A DNA stretch of 63,966 nt, counting the filler, from Hyphochytrium catenoides (Eukaryota; Protista; Hyphochytriomycota): assembly GCA_900088475.1 (NCBI GenBank). It is 14 parts of 14 records of this genome, joined end to end, with 100 filler letters (N's around TTAATTAATTAA, not from the genome) between each part and the next. Parts side by side here need not be neighbours in the genome. Positions count along the whole stretch, not along the records: positions 59,060 to 60,194 come from FLMG01004096.1; positions 60,295 to 61,531 come from FLMG01003997.1; positions 61,632 to 62,721 come from FLMG01000181.1; positions 62,822 to 63,966 come from FLMG01000514.1; 10 more parts are not named here. The stretch is one strand, 5' to 3'. The position numbers and the translations under genes are program-made. Below, one piece after another: positions 59,794-63,966 of the stretch. Below the pieces are notes generated by a model. The model was given only the letters and a program-made list of their open reading frames with translations. It was not told the DNA's origin and did no database searches. How positions within the stretch are numbered: the first letter of the stretch is position 1; the number at the start of each line of letters is the position of its first letter.

Positions 59794-60194
59794 ATGAGCT
59801 ACCAAGATTATGGTGGGGGATACTCCGGCGGCGGCGGCGGCAGCGGCGGCGGTGGTGGGTCATACAATGACAGGGGCAGCGGATCCTACAGCGGCGGCGG
59901 TGGAGGAGGCTCCTAGTACGTCGCTTCTGCATTCTGTTTTCTCTTTTCAGCGTCAGTTCTCCTTTCTTCTCTTGTTGGCTGCTGTGCGTCTGAGCTCAGT
60001 CTCGTCTGTTACCTCGCGGACCTACGAACCTCAGCCCTGCTCGAAGCTAGCTGTCTGTACCTCGATCTCTCAGTCGCATCTCCTCTCAGCCTGGGTTATA
60101 CCTTCACATTCTTCCCTGATTGCCCTTGATTGAGTGAGAGCCAGACAGTCCTAACAAAGGCAAATCTTTCAGCAGCGGCGGTGGGGGTTATTCT
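59794..60194 (+). CDS. N-terminus of a Gly/Ser/Tyr-rich low-complexity protein (possibly RNA-binding), truncated
   Basis: MSYQDYGGGYSGGGGGSGGGGGSYNDRGSGSYSGGGGGGS(Y)|gtacgt...ttcag|SGGGGYS, with repeated [G/S]Y[G/S] motifs. Confidence 0.6.
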
Positions 60195-60816
60195 NNNNNN
60201 NNNNNNNNNNNNNNNNNNNNNNNNNNNNNNNNNNNNNNTTAATTAATTAANNNNNNNNNNNNNNNNNNNNNNNNNNNNNNNNNNNNNNNNNNNNGAGCAA
60301 CATGCGGTTGTCCTGTCTCCGTCGTTGCGGCAAGCACTCATTTATTTAGATGATATCCTCAATATATTAGAACCATAATGCAAAGTCTCTCCACTTTGAC
60401 TTCATTGTTAAAACCTCGAGCCCTGTCCATAGGCAAAGCACATCTCTCTCTAAGAAGAATAACGCCTGCAGAGGCAAGCCGTCTCTCCTTCAAGCGCTTG
60501 TCCGTCTCCAGCAGTAAGCCCTAGAAGACAGGGTAATCTTCTTTCTCAGGAGTCTCTGCTGTCTTTCTGCTGCTCTTCTCTTCCGTGTGTGCCTTTGTTC
60601 TTCTCCTCCTCATCTGAAGAGTATCCTCGGCAGCATCGGGAGGTGGGCCCAGCGTGACATGAGGGGGGTATTATGGATATATCCATCTGTTATTTGTGTA
60701 TCTGGGCTAGAAGGCCTCAGGTATCGGCGATAAAGCTAAGAAAGATTCGCACAGGTTGAAGAAGAGAGGAGGGGCGGAGAGAGGGAGGGGGAGAGAAACA
60801 NNNNNNNNNNNNNNNN

Positions 60817-60853
<37 letters not shown>

Positions 60854-61019
60854 TTACTCTGAAGCTGATGAGGGGCTAATGAGTGTTGGAAGGTAGAGAG
60901 GGAAGGAAGAGCTCACATTCGCGGTAGCATCGCCTGCAGCGCAGTTGATAGCTTTCCACAAGCCTCCTTCCAGAGCCCGACGATCATAAAGGACGCAGAG
61001 CAACACGGGAAAGATAAAG

Positions 61020-61531
61020 ATGGGAGAAGAAGTCGACGCGCAGAAAGCCCTGCAGTTCAAGGGCGCAACTTACCCTGTCTCCTTCAACAAGCGAGACCTC
61101 ATCGTGTACGCTCTGGGCATTGGAGAGACAAACCTGCAGTTCACTTATGAAGACCATGACAACTTCAGTGCCTTCCCCACCTGTACGGACACGTGTGGCA
61201 GCACACTTCCCATTGCTTTTGACCACCGTGCTCCGCTTTGTTCCTCTCTCCCGTCTCTCGGTTCCCTCCTCGTCTTACTTCTAATAGGCGCTGCCTCCGC
61301 TTAGAGGGTGGCTAAGTCCATCGTCTCGATTCCCTCCTTTTCCTACTTCTCCTCTGTCAATCGGCATGTTCTTAGCTTCCAGGCGCTCTATGTTGATCTC
61401 ATCGTCTAGGTTTTCCTTTGATTGGCTTTGGCTCTCTCACTGTGTCTTCCTTGGTAGATCCGGTGGCATTGACCTTTAAAGGGACGTCTCAGGAGGTGGT
61501 TCCGTTCCCGCCGAAGACTATGCTAACGTTT
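61020..61531 (+). CDS. Peroxisomal enoyl-CoA hydratase 2 / MFE-2 hydratase (MaoC hot-dog fold), first two exons
   Basis: MGEEVDAQKAL...FNKRDLIVYALGIG...LQFTYEDHDNFSAFPT(Y)|PVALTFKG...: the RD...YALGIG and L.F.YE....F...PT motifs. Confidence 0.85.
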
Positions 61532-61963
61532 NNNNNNNNNNNNNNNNNNNNNNNNNNNNNNNNNNNNNNNNNNNNTTAATTAATTAANNNNNNNNNNNNN
61601 NNNNNNNNNNNNNNNNNNNNNNNNNNNNNNNAGAGAGAGAGAGAGAGAGAGAGTCCATCAGCGAGAGTATTCCTGAGCTGGAGAGAGAGAGGGGGATGAA
61701 TAAGCAAAGTAGAGAGATGGAAAAGAGACAGAGATGCGTAAACAAAGAAGAGAGGGACGAGAAACAGGGAGAGATCTAAGGTGAGGACAGAGAGAGAAAG
61801 AGAGAGAGAGACACACACATTGTGGAGAGAGAAAGTAAGAGAAGAATCGAGGCAGCCATCGGGAGAGAGAGAAGACGTTCGGTAGGTATGGGAAGGGCTG
61901 AGGATAAGCAAGAGAGAGATGCTGAAAGGAGGTAGGTGAGAAGGCCAAGAATGAGATGGCGCG

Positions 61964-62016
<53 letters not shown>

Positions 62017-62138
62017 GAGCTAGAACAGAAGGAGCAAGTGAGAGAGAAAGATGAATATACGAGGACACCCAAGGAAGAGGAACAAAAGAGGAGAGAGAGA
62101 GAGAGAGAGAGCATGAGAGAGAATTACGAGTCACGCAC

Positions 62139-62637
62139 TGCTGATGATTGTCCCCTCAGGATAGTACTTCGCGGTAGAGACATGCTGATCCTGATGCTCA
62201 AGAGCGGCGTAGATCTCATCGGAGAGGACGAGGATCCGATACTTTCGGCAAACCGCAGCCAGAGCTTTTATCTAAAGGAGAACGTGAGCTAATGCAGGAG
62301 CCGTGGGAGAGAGAAACATTAGAGTGAGAGAGAAAGAGAGAGAGAAAGAGTTGAGAAAGAGAGAGAAAGAAAGACAGTAAGATGAGAGAAGGGTAGGCGG
62401 GCCGAAAAAGCCAAGTCATTGTATAGGTGTAGGAGAGAGAAAAGACCGGAAAAGAAGAGATGATGCGAAAGACTGCAGAACAAAGAGATAGCAGGAGAGA
62501 GACGACGGATGAGTCGATGAAGAAAGGAAAGAATCCATAATAGAAGAAGAAGGAAGAGACAAACCCTACTTTGTCTTCTGGGTAAGTCGTTCCTGTGGGA
62601 TTAGCCGGCGTGTTAAGAATGAGCAGCCGTGGCTTGT
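62139..62637 (-). CDS. PLP-dependent aminotransferase class I/II, two internal exons (62570-62637, 62139-62271)
   Basis: KPRLLILNTPANPTGTTYPEDK|IKALAAVCRKYRILVLSDEIYAAL...YYPEGTIIS contains the N.P.NPTG and SDEIY motifs. Confidence 0.88.
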
Positions 62638-63142
62638 CTGCAAGATAGAGGTTGAAGAGTCTTCGTTAATTAGCTCTCCACCAGCTAGGGGAGAAAGAGG
62701 GAGAGAGAGAGAGAGAGAGAGNNNNNNNNNNNNNNNNNNNNNNNNNNNNNNNNNNNNNNNNNNNNTTAATTAATTAANNNNNNNNNNNNNNNNNNNNNNN
62801 NNNNNNNNNNNNNNNNNNNNNTCTCTCTCTCTCTCTCTCTTCTCTCTTTTTCTTCTTGCTCAAACCTGCCGGAAACTCTGATTGCTCCCAGCTCCCATGT
62901 CCATTGGCTGCCTGACTATTTTGTCAGGCACTTGGTTCTTAATCTACCTTCTGCCTCTTCCCCTCTTTTTGTATAATAACAGTCCTTCCATTTCAGTGTC
63001 TCTCTGTCGTTTGCTTTCTCTCTCTCTCTCTCTCTCTGTCTGTCTCTCTCTCTCTGTGTGTGTTGAGTTGACGCCATCCGCTTTCTCTTGCGTTATCCTC
63101 TTCATTCACTTCTTTCTTATCTGCCCCGCGCTCATCATGCAG

Positions 63143-63966
63143 AACTTCTTCGGTACTATCCTGCATCCCGCCGGGAACATTGGGGCAGAGCTGCTGAAGA
63201 ATGGCCTGGCCAAGATGGTGGACTGGAGCGCGGCCTTCACCAACACAGCGGACAGGTCTGCGCTCTCTCTCTCTCTGTCTCTTCCGTCTCTGTGTTTCTC
63301 TCTGTCTTTGTCTCTTTCAGCTTTCCTTCTCTTTGACCGTTTCCCCCTTCTCTCCGCGTCAAGCTTAGCAGCGCTGCCTGTGTGTGCACTATAAAGTGTG
63401 CTTCGTGTGCTTCTCTTCTCTTTCTTGCTCTTGTCCTTGCCTGGTTGTACCCAATAAAGGAACTCTGTGCGATACCATTCCTTTCCCTAAAAGATTGTCC
63501 TATCTCTCCTTTCCCGCTCAGCTCACCATCTCTGTCTCTCTTGCCCCTTTTCTCTCTCTCTCTCTCTCTCAGAACGGCCCTTCGCAATGCGGAAAGGCAA
63601 GCAAAGCTGTCTCAACTCCGTGTCTGGAAGGGCTACACGCCGCCAGTCTTTCAGGGTGCTAGGGAAATGACCGGCAAAGTCATTGAGGTAGGAAGAAGAG
63701 GAAGAGAGAAAGATAGAGGTAGAAAGAGAGAAAAGTAGAACAAGGAAATGTTGATGGCGGGAAGAGAGAGAGAAGGAGGGTGATGTAGGCAACCTGATCA
63801 AAGAGAGAGATAGGAATTGTCTCTGCGCTCTCTCTCCCCTTCTGCACTCTCTCTCTTTTTCTTTTGTCTCTTTGTCATGCGCAGGGTGGCTAAATCCTGT
63901 TTCGTTTCTCTCCCTCTTCATAGGTGGTTAGCGGCGACTGCATCATTGTCCTGGTTCCGGAGGCTG
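63143..63966 (+). CDS. SND1: Tudor staphylococcal nuclease (Tudor-SN), three internal exons covering SN2-SN3
   Basis: NFFGTILHPAGNIGAELLKNGLAKMVDWS...LRNAERQAK...LRVWKGY...GKVIE|VVSGDCIIV. Confidence 0.88.

Noticed and set aside
59282-59797. Many Leu/Ser- or Arg/Glu-rich ORFs here and elsewhere (e.g. 812-1159, 2657-3038, 10666-11109, 61576-62134)
   Set aside because: Translations of (CT)n/(GA)n microsatellites in introns and intergenic DNA.
61020-63966. Hydratase-aminotransferase-Tudor-SN as a gene cluster
   Set aside because: Each lies on a separate contig joined by artificial linkers.
1-63966. tRNA, rRNA or CRISPR features
   Set aside because: None recognised by eye; Infernal or tRNAscan-SE would be needed to exclude small RNAs.

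Overview
Eukaryotic nuclear DNA with spliceosomal introns and abundant (CT)n/(GA)n microsatellites. It is probably a protist, possibly a stramenopile; that is an inference from protein style only. The window is not contiguous. It is 14 contigs/scaffolds joined by 13 identical artificial 100-nt linkers (N44-TTAATTAATTAA-N44), so gene order across linkers means nothing. I assembled spliced gene models by hand: a GalNAc-T 3' end, an Apd1/Aim32-type thioredoxin-like [2Fe-2S] ferredoxin, a 14-exon acidic orphan with five DFFGLRLL repeats, a SEL1L/HRD3-like protein, a PIH1-domain protein, DDX55/SPB4, an intronless ARM-repeat protein, an intronless short-form deoC, an MFS transporter exon, a secreted low-complexity protein, a disrupted RNase T2, a degenerate mitochondrial PEPCK-like protein and RPC11. 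There are also fragments of an LRR protein, a Gly/Tyr-rich protein, enoyl-CoA hydratase 2, a class I/II aminotransferase and Tudor-SN. Mobile DNA includes two decayed Ty1/copia pol fragments, a solo LTR with a 5-bp target-site duplication, and probable CACTA-type and Helitron-type termini. The best-supported unusual signal is a consensus AT-AC minor-spliceosome (U12) intron in DDX55. I see no clearly novel multi-gene system; the other findings are hypotheses.
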